NCBI GenBank assembly: GCA_963710375.1
Contig: CAVPZX010000002.1
Location: 320,001-384,000, forward strand
DNA length: 64,000 bases
Reading direction: 5' to 3'
DNA from: Nitrospirota bacterium
GTDB taxonomy: Bacteria > Nitrospirota > Thermodesulfovibrionia > Thermodesulfovibrionales > Dissulfurispiraceae
Within the stretch, counting starts at the first letter, position 1; every line of letters starts with the position of its first letter. The notes below the pieces were generated by a model that did not search any database, was not told where the DNA came from, and worked only from the letters and a program-made list of their open reading frames with translations. The position numbers and the translations under genes are program-made. Positions 20,318 through 30,724 of the stretch are shown piece by piece.

Positions 20318-21049
20318 GCATTTTCTATCCTGAGTCGTCTGTGGTTCATTGCATTATTTGGGTTGATTGCCTCCTGTGCAGGAAGGACTGCCGTCTCACC
20401 GGGCACGCTGTCCTCAATGCCGGGGTATAAGCCCGCAGAAGCACACCAGCCTCCGGCATGGCAGGAGATGAAAGGCGGAAGGAGGACTATCGTGGCCTCC
20501 TGGTACGGTCCCGACTTTCACGGCAAGCCGACATCATCGGGAGAGTTATTCGACATGTATGCGCTGACCTGCGCACACAGGGAGTATCCTTTCGGGACGC
20601 GATTGCTTGTTACCAATCCGAGAAACAACAAAGAGGTGGAATGCATAGTCAATGACCGCGGACCCTTTGTTGCCGGGCGGGACCTTGATCTTTCGTATGC
20701 CGCAGCAAAGAAGATAGACCTCATAGGACCAGGGACAGCCCCAGTGATAATAGAGCCGGAAGGGAGAGACATGCGCTATGTCAAATACGTCAAATACGAC
20801 GTGCGCGGGCCTGTAGTCACCATCCAGATCGCATCTTTCAGGGACGAAGCGAATGCTAAGCGCCTGAAAAAGGCACTGGAACTGCAATACTCAAGCGTGT
20901 ATATAATGACAGCTGATATAGGTGGCGCTAAATATTACAGAGTGCGCATTGGCAAGTTCACTGCCGGGAGCAAAGCAGCTGAACTGGGCAAGACACTTGC
21001 CGATGAAGGGTACAATGTCCTAATAACCAAATTTGAACAACAGATATGA
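20225..21049 (+). CDS. rlpA: Septal ring lytic transglycosylase RlpA-family lipoprotein with SPOR domain
   Basis: Lipobox LIASC; ASWYG..FHG, VNDRGPF, DLSYAAA; C-terminal SPOR; start (20225 or 20231) lies in the repeat array. Confidence 0.9.
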   Translation: MKMRRCEVVKAYNRALSAQLLNFSTSQLHAFAFSILSRLWFIALFGLIASCAGRTAVSPGTLSSMPGYKPAEAHQPPAWQEMKGGRRTIVASWYGPDFHGKPTSSGELFDMYALTCAHREYPFGTRLLVTNPRNNKEVECIVNDRGPFVAGRDLDLSYAAAKKIDLIGPGTAPVIIEPEGRDMRYVKYVKYDVRGPVVTIQIASFRDEANAKRLKKALELQYSSVYIMTADIGGAKYYRVRIGKFTAGSKAAELGKTLADEGYNVLITKFEQQI

Positions 21050-21115
21050 CGGTTTCGTAAAAAGGCCATATGCGGCGTTGCGCGCCTTGCCTATAGCCTT
21101 TTTACGAAACCGTCA
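21047..21115. mobile_element. REP/MITE-like palindrome, internally deleted short copy
   Basis: TGACGGTTTCGTAAAAAGGC...GCCTTTTTACGAAACCGTCA 20 bp perfect inverted repeat; same ends as 38794-38954. Confidence 0.85.
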
Positions 21116-21152
21116 GCTATCATATAAAGTTTAAAATGTAACGGAGTGTGTT

Positions 21153-22031
21153 ATGGAAAAGCTGATCGAAAAAGCGAACATCCTTATTGAAGCGTTACCG
21201 TTCATACGCAATTTCTACGGAAAGACCTTCGTGATCAAGTACGGCGGCGCTGCACAGGTTGAAGATGAACTAAAAAATAGTTTTGCCCAGGATATTGTGC
21301 TTATGAATTTCATCGGCATAAAACCCATTGTCGTTCATGGCGGCGGTCCCAGGATCAGCCAGACCATGAAAAAGATGGGTAAAGAGCCGTCATTTATTCA
21401 GGGACAGCGGGTCACTGACAAGGAGACCATGGACATCGTTGAAATGGTGCTGGGCGGCCTTATCAATAAGGAAATAGTCGCGCTTATCAACAGCCACGGA
21501 GGCAAGGCGGTCGGCTTGAGCGGTAAAGACGGCGGGCTGATCAAAGCGAAAAAGAAAATCCTCAAAAAGGCCGTCGATGCCGGAGAAGAAGAAATTATCG
21601 ATATAGGACTCGTGGGAGAGGTCGATTCCGTCGATCCAGCTATACTCGATTGCATTGAAAAGGGCGGCTTTGTTCCGGTCATATCACCTATTGGAGTAGG
21701 GAGCAAAGGAGAGGCGTTAAATATCAATGCCGATTACGTGGCATCCGCGATTGCTTCTTCTTTAAAGGCCGAAAAATTCATACTCCTTACCGATGTGCCT
21801 GGAATAAGCGACAAAAAAGGCGGTGTCATATCAACTATCAGCAAGAAGGAGATAAAAAAGCTCATTGACAACGGAACAATCTCAGGGGGTATGCTGCCGA
21901 AGGTGCAGGCATGCACCCGCGCCATTGATGCCGGGGTGAACAAGACGCATATTGTTGACGGCAGAATGCCCCATTGTCTGCTCCTTGAGATATTCACCAA
22001 AGAAGGAATCGGAACAGAAATCGTAGGCTAG
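21153..22031 (+). CDS. argB: Acetylglutamate kinase
   Basis: VIKYGG, VHGGGP, NINAD, GGMLPK. Confidence 0.96.
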   Translation: MEKLIEKANILIEALPFIRNFYGKTFVIKYGGAAQVEDELKNSFAQDIVLMNFIGIKPIVVHGGGPRISQTMKKMGKEPSFIQGQRVTDKETMDIVEMVLGGLINKEIVALINSHGGKAVGLSGKDGGLIKAKKKILKKAVDAGEEEIIDIGLVGEVDSVDPAILDCIEKGGFVPVISPIGVGSKGEALNINADYVASAIASSLKAEKFILLTDVPGISDKKGGVISTISKKEIKKLIDNGTISGGMLPKVQACTRAIDAGVNKTHIVDGRMPHCLLLEIFTKEGIGTEIVG

Positions 22032-22047
22032 GAAAACGTCTTGCGAA

Positions 22048-22914
22048 TCAGAAAAGATCTCTAACTGCCCTCAAATTCCGGACATCGTCATCTTCGTTTT
22101 CCTTGGGCGTTTCAAGGATGAGCGGGATTGATTTTAAAGCGGGATGATTTAAAAACCTTTTAAGTCCCTCCTTACCAATACGCCCCTCTCCGATGTGTTC
22201 ATGCCTGTCAACTTTAGAATTATAATCTTTTTTGGAATCGTTGAAATGGATAACTTTTACTGCGTCAATGCTTGCATGCGTTTCTAATTCCTTCACTAAT
22301 TCTGCCAAACCGTCGTTGTCTGATAAATTGTAGCCTGCGGCAAAAGCGTGACAGGTATCAATACAAAGTCCGCCGATGAGTCCCTTATTTACACTTTCCA
22401 TAATATAAGCAAGATCTCTGATGCGCGATGATATATCACCCTTTTCCCCGGCAGTATTCTCGAGCAGGAGCTTGGCCTTCCACTTTTTTTCTTTCGAAAT
22501 CCTTTCGAGTGCCTGAATAGCCCTTATCCGTGCATTGTCCTCCTTGTCCAGTGAAGCGCTGCCTGTATGAAGCACTACATAATCTGCGCCTAATGAGTCT
22601 GCCAGGTCTATCTCTTTTGCCAGAAGACGGCTCGACTTTTCGAGCAGGCTGTTGTCGAGAGCAGCAAGGTTTATCAGGTAGGAACAGTGTATGAAAACCG
22701 GATTTATATCGTAATCGTTTCTCAATTGCTTGAATTTTCCAATCGAATCCTGCGGTATTTCACTGGTGAGCCATTGTCTCGGGTTGTGAGAAAAAATCTG
22801 CATGGTTGAGCAGCCAAGCTCCCTGGCCCGTTCAAGTGACAAATGGACACCGCCCGCTACCGAGGTGTGAACCCCAAGCCGTCTTTCCCTGACAATATTC
22901 CCGTTTCTTGACAC
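22048..22914 (-). CDS. nfo: Endonuclease IV
   Basis: GVHTS, H.SYLINL, LENTAG, DTCH, HFNDS, DRHEHIG. Confidence 0.94.
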   Translation of the reverse strand: MSRNGNIVRERRLGVHTSVAGGVHLSLERARELGCSTMQIFSHNPRQWLTSEIPQDSIGKFKQLRNDYDINPVFIHCSYLINLAALDNSLLEKSSRLLAKEIDLADSLGADYVVLHTGSASLDKEDNARIRAIQALERISKEKKWKAKLLLENTAGEKGDISSRIRDLAYIMESVNKGLIGGLCIDTCHAFAAGYNLSDNDGLAELVKELETHASIDAVKVIHFNDSKKDYNSKVDRHEHIGEGRIGKEGLKRFLNHPALKSIPLILETPKENEDDDVRNLRAVRDLF

Positions 22915-22944
22915 TAAACACCTTTTAGTGGTAGTTTTTATTTC

Positions 22945-25725
22945 ATGCCCATTGACTACAAAGATACTCTTAATTTACCACAGACCGGCTTTCCCATGAA
23001 GGCTAACCTCAGCCTGAGAGAGCCTGAGATGCTGAAGTTCTGGGAAGAGACAGCTATCTACCGGAAGATCCAAGAGCAAAATTCCGGAAACGAGAGCTAT
23101 ATACTTCACGACGGTCCTCCCTACGCCAACGGCAATATACATATAGGCCATGCACTGAACAAAATTCTCAAAGATATTATCGTTAAATATAAATCGATGC
23201 AGGGTTTTTACGCTCCCTATGTCCCGGGCTGGGACTGTCACGGCCTTCCGATAGAGCTGCAGGTTGACAGGAACATGGGAGACAAAAAAGATCAGGTCAG
23301 CGTCCTCAAAAAGAGGCAGCTTTGCAGGGAATATGCAGCCGGATTTGTCGCCGTACAGAAGGAAGAGTTCAAGAGGCTCGGTGTTTTCGGCGACTGGGAG
23401 AGGCCGTATCTGACATTGTCCAATGATTACGAGGCGTCTATCGTAAGAGAATTCTTCAAATTCGTCGAAAACGGCTCGGTCTACAAAGGGAAAAAGCCCG
23501 TCCATTGGTGTCCCTCCTGTATCACAGCCCTCGCAGAAGCGGAAGTGGAATATGCGGAAAAAGAATCACCTTCGGTCTTTGTGCGTTTCAGGATATTAGA
23601 CGAGGACATTAAAAGTGCGTTGCCTCAGTTGACAGGCAGGAATGCATTCATAGTGATATGGACGACAACACCCTGGACACTACCTGCAAATCTTGCCCTC
23701 GCAGTCCATCCAGATCTCCTCTATGCTGCCGTGCTGGATGGAGAAGACGTAAACATAGTGGCTGACGAGAATCTCGCAGGGCTCAGGGAAAAGGGCATTA
23801 TAAAAGGCGATGTGATTTTAAACATCCGCGGCAGTTCATTACAGGGAATACGCACAAAACATCCCTTTATTGAGAGGGAGTCAACAATTGTAACGGCTGA
23901 CTTTGTCACGGTCGGCGAGGGCACCGGGATTGTCCATATTGCTCCGGGCCACGGCGAAGATGACTATGAAGTCGGACTCAGATATGGCCTCGATATATAC
24001 GCACCGGTGGACGACAGGGGCAAGTTCACCAAACAGGTCCCCGAATTCGAGGGGCAGTTCGTCTTTAAGGCTAATAAAGGGATCATAGAATTACTTAAAG
24101 AGAAAGAGGCCCTTCTGGGCATGGAGAAGATACGGCATTCCTACCCCCATTGCTGGAGATGTAAAAACCCTGTCATATTCAGGGCAACGGCACAATGGTT
24201 CATATCAATGGAGAAAAGAGATCTAAGAAAGAAGAGCCTTGTAGAGATAGATAAAACCATGTGGGTGCCCTCGTGGGGCAGGGACAGAATTTATGGGATG
24301 GTCTCCGGCAGGCCGGACTGGTGCATTTCCCGGCAGCGGGCATGGGGAGTTCCAATAACATTGATAACGTGTGATGAATGCGGCGCCTTTGTTCAGGACG
24401 CAGGGCTGTTCTCCGGAATCGTGTCGCTATTCGAACAGCACGGCTCTGACGTATGGTTTACGCAGGACACAACAGAACTTCTCGGGGCAGGCTATGCCTG
24501 TGCACGGTGCGGAAGCACCGCCTTCAAAAAGGAAATGGATATTCTCGATGTATGGTTCGACTCCGGAGTGAGTCACGCTGCCGTACTCGAACGCGACAGC
24601 AGGCTCTCATGGCCCGCTGAGATATACCTGGAAGGGAGCGACCAGCACCGCGGGTGGTTTCAAAGCTCCCTCCTTGCATCGGTTGGAACACGACATCGGG
24701 CGCCGTATCGGACCGTCCTCACTCATGGATTCACTGTTGACGGCCAGGGGAAAAAGATGTCGAAGTCACTCGGCAATGTCATAGCGCCACAGGAAATAAT
24801 TAAAGCGAACGGCGCAGAGATTATACGCCTGTGGGTTTCAGCAGAAAACTATCAGGATGATATACGGCTCTCAAAAGAGATCATCGACAGACTGACCGAG
24901 GCATACAGAAAGATAAGAAACACCGGCCGTTTCCTCCTCGGCACGATCCATGATTTCGACGAAAAAAATTATATCGATAATCTGCTGGAGATCGACAGGT
25001 GGGCGCTGTCAAGATTGCAGGGACTCATAAAGAAAATGACCGCGGCATATGATGCGTTTGACTTCCATGAGGCGTTCCATTTGCTCTACCAGTTCTGCAT
25101 CGTTGATATGAGTTCATTTTATCTCGATATTTTAAAAGACCGCCTATACACATTCAGGGCGGATTCACCTGAGCGGCGCGCAGCGCAATGGGTATTGCAC
25201 AGGATACTGCTCGACATGACACGCCTCATGGCGCCGGTGCTTTCATTTACTGCGGAAGAACTCTGGAGTTATATACCGGGTCGTTCAGCGGAGAGCGTTT
25301 TCCTCTCCGGGTTTCCTGTACCTGAGGAATCTTTTGCCGATGAAGCTCTGGAGAAAAGATGGGACATCCTTATTGCAGTAAGGAACGAAGCGAATAAGGC
25401 TCTCGAAATAAAAAGGAAGGACAAATTTATCGGCAATGCACTTGAAGCAAAGCTTGTGCTTTACGCGCCTGAGGATCTTTATCGGCTTTTGCAGGATTAC
25501 ATGGACTTTCTGCCCTCACTTTTTATTGTTTCGGACGTCGAACTGCTGCGACCGGATTCCGTGACAACTGATACTTATGAAAGCACTGAGATGAACGGTC
25601 TTTTCATCAAGGTCGAAAGAGCGACCGGCAGGAAGTGTGCGAGGTGCTGGAACTGGAGGCCCACGGTCGGAAACTTTGAAGAACATCCACTGATATGTGA
25701 ACAGTGCTTTAATGCCATAAAATGA
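22945..25725 (+). CDS. ileS: Isoleucine-tRNA ligase
   Basis: HIGH, KMSKS, WTTTPWT, C-terminal CARCW...CEQC zinc finger. Confidence 0.98.
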   Translation: MPIDYKDTLNLPQTGFPMKANLSLREPEMLKFWEETAIYRKIQEQNSGNESYILHDGPPYANGNIHIGHALNKILKDIIVKYKSMQGFYAPYVPGWDCHGLPIELQVDRNMGDKKDQVSVLKKRQLCREYAAGFVAVQKEEFKRLGVFGDWERPYLTLSNDYEASIVREFFKFVENGSVYKGKKPVHWCPSCITALAEAEVEYAEKESPSVFVRFRILDEDIKSALPQLTGRNAFIVIWTTTPWTLPANLALAVHPDLLYAAVLDGEDVNIVADENLAGLREKGIIKGDVILNIRGSSLQGIRTKHPFIERESTIVTADFVTVGEGTGIVHIAPGHGEDDYEVGLRYGLDIYAPVDDRGKFTKQVPEFEGQFVFKANKGIIELLKEKEALLGMEKIRHSYPHCWRCKNPVIFRATAQWFISMEKRDLRKKSLVEIDKTMWVPSWGRDRIYGMVSGRPDWCISRQRAWGVPITLITCDECGAFVQDAGLFSGIVSLFEQHGSDVWFTQDTTELLGAGYACARCGSTAFKKEMDILDVWFDSGVSHAAVLERDSRLSWPAEIYLEGSDQHRGWFQSSLLASVGTRHRAPYRTVLTHGFTVDGQGKKMSKSLGNVIAPQEIIKANGAEIIRLWVSAENYQDDIRLSKEIIDRLTEAYRKIRNTGRFLLGTIHDFDEKNYIDNLLEIDRWALSRLQGLIKKMTAAYDAFDFHEAFHLLYQFCIVDMSSFYLDILKDRLYTFRADSPERRAAQWVLHRILLDMTRLMAPVLSFTAEELWSYIPGRSAESVFLSGFPVPEESFADEALEKRWDILIAVRNEANKALEIKRKDKFIGNALEAKLVLYAPEDLYRLLQDYMDFLPSLFIVSDVELLRPDSVTTDTYESTEMNGLFIKVERATGRKCARCWNWRPTVGNFEEHPLICEQCFNAIK

Positions 25726-26177
25726 AGAAATATCCCGTCACCTTTTTTTCTGTCTCAGTCTGCATTTTTGCCCTGGACCAGCTGACGAAATATTATATAA
25801 AGACCCATGTAGGTCTTTTTGACGTTATACGGGTTACATCTTTTTTCAATATTGTTTACGTCCTCAATACTGGCTCTGCATTCGGGATGTTCAAGAGTCT
25901 TGGCAACTTATTTTTTATATTTATCACGCTGTCGGCAATGGCATTACTCATCTTCCTCGTTATCAAAGACAGCCGTAACAGGTTTCCTTTTGCTCTCATA
26001 TTAGGCGGCGCCGCCGGGAATCTCGCTGATAGAATTACCTCCGGGCATGTAGTCGACTTCCTGGATTTTTATGCAGGAAGCCATCACTGGCCGTCTTTTA
26101 ATGTTGCCGATTCAGCTCTCACTATCGGCATATCGCTGCTGATCATTAAAACAGTATTTGAAAAGAAGACCTCTTAG
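25722..26177 (+). CDS. lspA: Lipoprotein signal peptidase
   Basis: NTGSAFG, GNLADR, VVDF, FNVADS. Confidence 0.96.
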   Translation: MKKYPVTFFSVSVCIFALDQLTKYYIKTHVGLFDVIRVTSFFNIVYVLNTGSAFGMFKSLGNLFFIFITLSAMALLIFLVIKDSRNRFPFALILGGAAGNLADRITSGHVVDFLDFYAGSHHWPSFNVADSALTIGISLLIIKTVFEKKTS

Positions 26178-26207
26178 GGTTCGCGTGGATTTTGCGGAAG
26201 AAATGGC

Positions 26208-26555
26208 TTATTCCAAGTCGCTGAGCATCAGAGAAACAGTTTTTTCCAGGGGTTCCAGGTCATCCGTAATTGTTAACCACACCGCTTCGGCATCAACACC
26301 GAAATATTCGTGTGAAACGATGTCTCTCATGCCGGCAACATCTCTCCACTGCATGTCATGATAACGGTCTCTGACATCCTGTGGAATGTGCTTCGCTGCC
26401 TCGCCTATGTTCTCAATGGCCTTCAGGACGGCATACATTGTCTTTGTGTCCGCTAAAAAAGCTTCCTTTTTCACGCCGTGCACAAATTCCCTGATATTAG
26501 CGATCTCTTGCATCATGTCGTGCAGATAATCTCTTAATTCCCTCTCGTCAGACAT
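26208..26555 (-). CDS. HepT/DUF86 HEPN ribonuclease toxin
   Basis: RX4HXY motif RDIVSHEY; overlaps upstream MNT gene. Confidence 0.88.
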   Translation of the reverse strand: MSDERELRDYLHDMMQEIANIREFVHGVKKEAFLADTKTMYAVLKAIENIGEAAKHIPQDVRDRYHDMQWRDVAGMRDIVSHEYFGVDAEAVWLTITDDLEPLEKTVSLMLSDLE

Positions 26556-26841
26556 ACTGGACTTCCTCCAATATATGCCGACCGATATGGGGTTTAAGTG
26601 TTTTCTTCATCACTAAATCGACCCTTATGCCGAGAAGGTCTTCAAGATGATGTCCCATTTCCGCGAAGGTCAGCAAACTAACTGGCCGTTCCAGCGACAC
26701 TAGAATATCAACGTCACTGTTTTCCCCTTGTTTGCCCTTGACATAGGAACCGAATACTCCTATTTCTGTGACACCGTATTTTTCACGTAATTCGTTCTTA
26801 CGCTGCCGAAGAGTCCGCTCTATTTCTTCCAACGTTTTCAT
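26548..26841 (-). CDS. Minimal nucleotidyltransferase (MNT) antitoxin
   Basis: [16 protein letters not shown] = GS-X10-DXD. Confidence 0.9.
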   Translation of the reverse strand: MKTLEEIERTLRQRKNELREKYGVTEIGVFGSYVKGKQGENSDVDILVSLERPVSLLTFAEMGHHLEDLLGIRVDLVMKKTLKPHIGRHILEEVQYV

Positions 26842-26859
26842 GGTCTTATTATATCAGGT

Positions 26860-27420
26860 TTAGAACTTTTCCAATGGGTAGCTTTGCTCGTTTACGGCTC
26901 GTCGTATCACATATACTGCTTGCATTTTCTTGCCAAACTGACGAGGTTCCGTTTGGCGCACTACTTCAAAACCAGCCTGAAGCCAGAACTTATAGGCGAG
27001 CCTATTATCTTCCACTATGCCGCCCATAATGGCAAGCCCATCATTTGCTTGAACATACTTGGAAAAACTCTCTAAAAACTTTCTTCCAATACCCTGTTTT
27101 CGGATCGCAGGGGTAAGCAGCATTAAGCCCATCCACCAAATATTTTCTTCCGGATAATTCCGCGTCACCTCCAGGACGCCAGTAATTGCCCCTTGACAAT
27201 TGACTAGACCAAAAACAAATTTGTCTGTTAACGATCTCCCTGGTGGGGCCGATTTAAAAATTTCTTCCGCCGCATTGGGTGAAACATCTTCCCCTTCTAC
27301 TATCCAAACATAATATGCACATTGCTCTAAAAGTTTTTGAAGTATTTCTGCATCGTCTGGATATAGTCTATGCACGGCATAATCGGAAAGACCTATCTCA
27401 AAACTCGGAGCATTATCCAT
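26860..27420 (-). CDS. GNAT-family N-acetyltransferase
   Basis: RKQGIG acetyl-CoA motif, N..AYKFW...GF. Confidence 0.85.
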   Translation of the reverse strand: MDNAPSFEIGLSDYAVHRLYPDDAEILQKLLEQCAYYVWIVEGEDVSPNAAEEIFKSAPPGRSLTDKFVFGLVNCQGAITGVLEVTRNYPEENIWWMGLMLLTPAIRKQGIGRKFLESFSKYVQANDGLAIMGGIVEDNRLAYKFWLQAGFEVVRQTEPRQFGKKMQAVYVIRRAVNEQSYPLEKF

Positions 27421-27423
27421 CAG

Positions 27424-27936
27424 CTATTCCTTTTTTATTGTTTCTATTATTTGAGCCGCGACTTGTTCCTCAGTTATTTTAGTAGTATTTATTTCAACCG
27501 CGAAATGATTGGTGGAAATGAAATTGTTTAGATATTCGTAGTCACTATCGACTGCATCCAGTTCGAGTTGCCTCTGTGTTGCATGCCTGCCGCGTTTATG
27601 GATGCGTCTCATGACTTCATCTTTCTCGCATGTCAGGCAGATCAAGATTATGGGGATACCTTTCTGAAAATATTTAATGAATTCATTGTAATGTCTTAGC
27701 TGGGGCATGGCCAATGTTATCACAAAGTTTTCTTCGCCACGGTTCACATTAAAATCAATCAGCAGCCCTACTGTTTGATAAAGCAACTCGATATCTTTTT
27801 TATCGGTCCAGTCAAAAGGGACTTTGGCGCTAAACCATTCACTTTCTATAAATACTATACCCGGGAAAAACTTGGAGAACATTAGAGCATAGCCAGTGTC
27901 AGTTTTGCCTGATAATCCGGTAATTACGATGATCAT
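27424..27936 (-). CDS. Small P-loop kinase-like protein (degenerate Walker A)
   Basis: IIVITGLSGKTD, R..KRGR lid, INTT motif typical of NMP-kinase-fold proteins. Confidence 0.6.
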   Translation of the reverse strand: MIIVITGLSGKTDTGYALMFSKFFPGIVFIESEWFSAKVPFDWTDKKDIELLYQTVGLLIDFNVNRGEENFVITLAMPQLRHYNEFIKYFQKGIPIILICLTCEKDEVMRRIHKRGRHATQRQLELDAVDSDYEYLNNFISTNHFAVEINTTKITEEQVAAQIIETIKKE

Positions 27937-28176
27937 TTATTTCCTTTCTTGTCCAGAGTATACGGACAATAACACGAGGAGCATCAGCCCCCTGCAAAAA
28001 CTGCAGAGGCTTAATGCCCAATATATTATGACCGATAATAACTTACACTATTTTGAAGATTTTGAGAAGCGCGCATTGCGGAAAAAGACGTGATGTCCTG
28101 CTTCACTAAGGTTTTCAACAGTTTTTCGACTTTTTCCCTTTGAAAAAAACAGCATAAGATTGTAAAATGGTCACAG

Positions 28177-28620
28177 ATGCATACTGTTACCCCAGAAGAA
28201 CTTTTTAACAAAGGGCTGGAAGCACTTGCCGGCGGCAAGATGATTCCAGCCCTCGCCAGTTTTGAAAAAGCCCTGGAACTCGAAGACAATCCGGCCTTCT
28301 ATTCTTACTTCGCCTTATGTATCGCAAAAGAGCGGGGGCAGGTGAGGAAGGCCATCAAGCTCTGCGAAGAGGCACTGCAAAAAGACCGCGAAAACACAGC
28401 TCACTATCTCAATCTCGGCAAGATACTACTCCACGCGGGCAACCGGGATGATGCCATTATAGCGTTCAGAGCCGGCCTGAAATATGGGACCGATCTCTTG
28501 ATAATAGACGAGCTTAACAAGCTCTGCATAAGAAAACCTCCGGTCATATCCTTTCTGAACAGGAACAATCCAATCAATAAATATCTCGGTATCATTTTGA
28601 AAAAACTGGGGCTCCGGTAG
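28177..28620 (+). CDS. Tetratricopeptide repeat protein
   Basis: TPR-like helices (A...FEKALELE, HYLNLG). Confidence 0.75.
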   Translation: MHTVTPEELFNKGLEALAGGKMIPALASFEKALELEDNPAFYSYFALCIAKERGQVRKAIKLCEEALQKDRENTAHYLNLGKILLHAGNRDDAIIAFRAGLKYGTDLLIIDELNKLCIRKPPVISFLNRNNPINKYLGIILKKLGLR

Positions 28621-28636
28621 ATTGGATTTGCTTTTA

Positions 28637-28665
28637 TTGACTGCAATCTATTCACATGATATCAT
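28637..28665 (+). promoter_or_regulatory. sigma70 promoter for pdhA, probably leaderless
   Basis: TTGACT-N17-TATCAT with extended TG; ATG 6 nt after -10, no SD. Confidence 0.6.
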
Positions 28666-28671
28666 TTACGC

Positions 28672-29727
28672 ATGCCTGAAAAGACTATAGAATCTATAAG
28701 CGTCAAACGCCTCGAAATCCTGAACGAGAGCGGAGAAGCAGACAGTTCTCTCATGCCTTCTCTATCCGATGACAGGATAAAAAAGATGTATGAATTGCTC
28801 ATTCTTTCGAGGATATTCGACGAGCGTGCATTGAACCTTCAGAGGGAAGGCAGGCTGGGCACATATGCGCCTATTTTAGGGCAGGAGGCCTCCCAGATCG
28901 GGAGCGCATGCGCCCTTGAAAGGTCTGACTGGATATTCCCGTCCTTCAGGGAGATGGGAGTTCCTATAGCCATTGGCTATCCCATTCATATGCTTTTTCA
29001 ATACTGGGCTGGAGATGAGAGGGGTCTGCTTACCCCGGCGGATTTAAATATCTTCCCAATTTGCATACCTGTAGGAACGCATATCCCCCATGCAACAGGC
29101 GCTGCCTTTGCCGCAAAGCTTAAAGGAGACAGGACAGCAGTTGTTGCATATTTCGGCGACGGAGGCACCTCAAAGGGCGATTTTCATGAAGGGTTTAATA
29201 TGGCAGGTGTCTTCAAACTCCCTGTTGTCTTTATCTGCCAGAACAATCAATGGGCGATATCAATGCCGAGGGAGAGACAATCCGCATCAAAAACCCTTGC
29301 CCAAAAGGCATGTGCATATGGATTTGAGGGCATACAGGTTGATGGCAATGACATATTTGCTGTTTATAAGGCAACAAAAGATGCCGTAGAAAAAGCGAAA
29401 CGTGGCGAAGGCCCTACCTTTATCGAATGTTTTACCTACAGGATGTCGCATCATACGACAGCGGACGATGCTACAAGATACAGGAAAGAAGAGGAACTGG
29501 GGGCATGGAAACCAAAAGACCCTATCTTACGATTGAAATTGTTCATGGAGAAAAAAGGTATATGGACAGAACAGTATCAGAAAGAGGTAGAAGACATATC
29601 AAAAACTATTGTTGACAATGCCGTAAAAACAGCAGAATCAATTACACCTTCCCAGCCGGGGGATATGCTTGCTTACACCTGCGAAAAGCTCTCACCCCGG
29701 CAGACAAAACAGATGAAGGATTTCTGA
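28672..29727 (+). CDS. pdhA: Pyruvate/2-oxoacid dehydrogenase E1 alpha
   Basis: GQEA, TPP motif GDGG...NN, HTTADD..RY. Confidence 0.9.
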   Translation: MPEKTIESISVKRLEILNESGEADSSLMPSLSDDRIKKMYELLILSRIFDERALNLQREGRLGTYAPILGQEASQIGSACALERSDWIFPSFREMGVPIAIGYPIHMLFQYWAGDERGLLTPADLNIFPICIPVGTHIPHATGAAFAAKLKGDRTAVVAYFGDGGTSKGDFHEGFNMAGVFKLPVVFICQNNQWAISMPRERQSASKTLAQKACAYGFEGIQVDGNDIFAVYKATKDAVEKAKRGEGPTFIECFTYRMSHHTTADDATRYRKEEELGAWKPKDPILRLKLFMEKKGIWTEQYQKEVEDISKTIVDNAVKTAESITPSQPGDMLAYTCEKLSPRQTKQMKDF

Positions 29728-29728
29728 T

Positions 29729-30703
29729 ATGCCTGAAAGCTCAAAAAAAATAAACATGGTCCAGGCAATAAACCTTGCGCTTAGAGAAGAGATGCGGAGG
29801 GACAAAAACATTGTCATACTCGGCGAGGATATTGGCCTGGACGGAGGCGTTTTCCGTGTTACTGACGGACTGCTGAAAGAATTCGGGGCCGAAAGGATTG
29901 TGGACACTCCCCTTGAAGAGTCCGGGATTGTCGGCACTGCCATAGGAATGGCTGTATACGGATTAAGACCCATTGCAGAAATACAATTTATGGGCTTCAC
30001 CTATGCTGCTGTAGAACAGATTTACTCTCATGCTACAAGGATTCGCTCGCGCTCCAGAGGAAGATATACCTGCCCGCTGGTAATACGGACCCCTTACGGA
30101 GCAGGGATAAAACCGCCCGAACTTCATTCTGAGAGTGCAGAGGCTTTTTTTTGCCATATGCCAGGGTTGAAGGTTGTTGTGCCGTCAACACCGTACAATG
30201 CAAAGGGCCTGCTGATCTCATCAATAAGGGACCCTGATCCCGTTATATTCCTTGAATCAACAAGGCTCTATCGCCTCATAAAAGAAGAAGTCCCTGAAGG
30301 TGAATATACCATACCGCTAGGAAAGGCAAGAATTGTTCAGGAAGGCAAAGAGGTCACGGTTATTGCATGGGGAAGCATGCTCCATAGGGCGCTTCAGGCA
30401 GTAGAAGGCATTGATGCAGAGGTCATAGATTTAATGACCTTGAGCCCTTTTGATGAGGAGACAATATTCAGGTCAGTTAAAAAAACAGGGAGGGTCGTGA
30501 TTGTGCATGAAGCGCCGAAGACATGTGGGCTTGGCGCTGAGATATCAGCAACAATTGCAGAAGATGCTATGCTTTATATGAAGGCACCTGTAATGAGGGT
30601 GACAGGCTATGATGCTGTTATGCCGCTCCCCAAACTTGAGGACCACTATGTTCCGACCTTTGAGCGCATAAGAAAGACAATTGAAGAAGTGTTGAAATAT
30701 TAA
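29729..30703 (+). CDS. pdhB: Pyruvate/2-oxoacid dehydrogenase E1 beta
   Basis: GEDIG..GGVFRVT, DTPL.E, EIQF, HSES. Confidence 0.9.
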   Translation: MPESSKKINMVQAINLALREEMRRDKNIVILGEDIGLDGGVFRVTDGLLKEFGAERIVDTPLEESGIVGTAIGMAVYGLRPIAEIQFMGFTYAAVEQIYSHATRIRSRSRGRYTCPLVIRTPYGAGIKPPELHSESAEAFFCHMPGLKVVVPSTPYNAKGLLISSIRDPDPVIFLESTRLYRLIKEEVPEGEYTIPLGKARIVQEGKEVTVIAWGSMLHRALQAVEGIDAEVIDLMTLSPFDEETIFRSVKKTGRVVIVHEAPKTCGLGAEISATIAEDAMLYMKAPVMRVTGYDAVMPLPKLEDHYVPTFERIRKTIEEVLKY

Positions 30704-30724
30704 GAAGGTGTGAAGGAGAATACT

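Noticed and set aside
22915..22944. T-box leader for ileS
   Set aside because: Only ~30 nt between divergent nfo and ileS; no room or motif.
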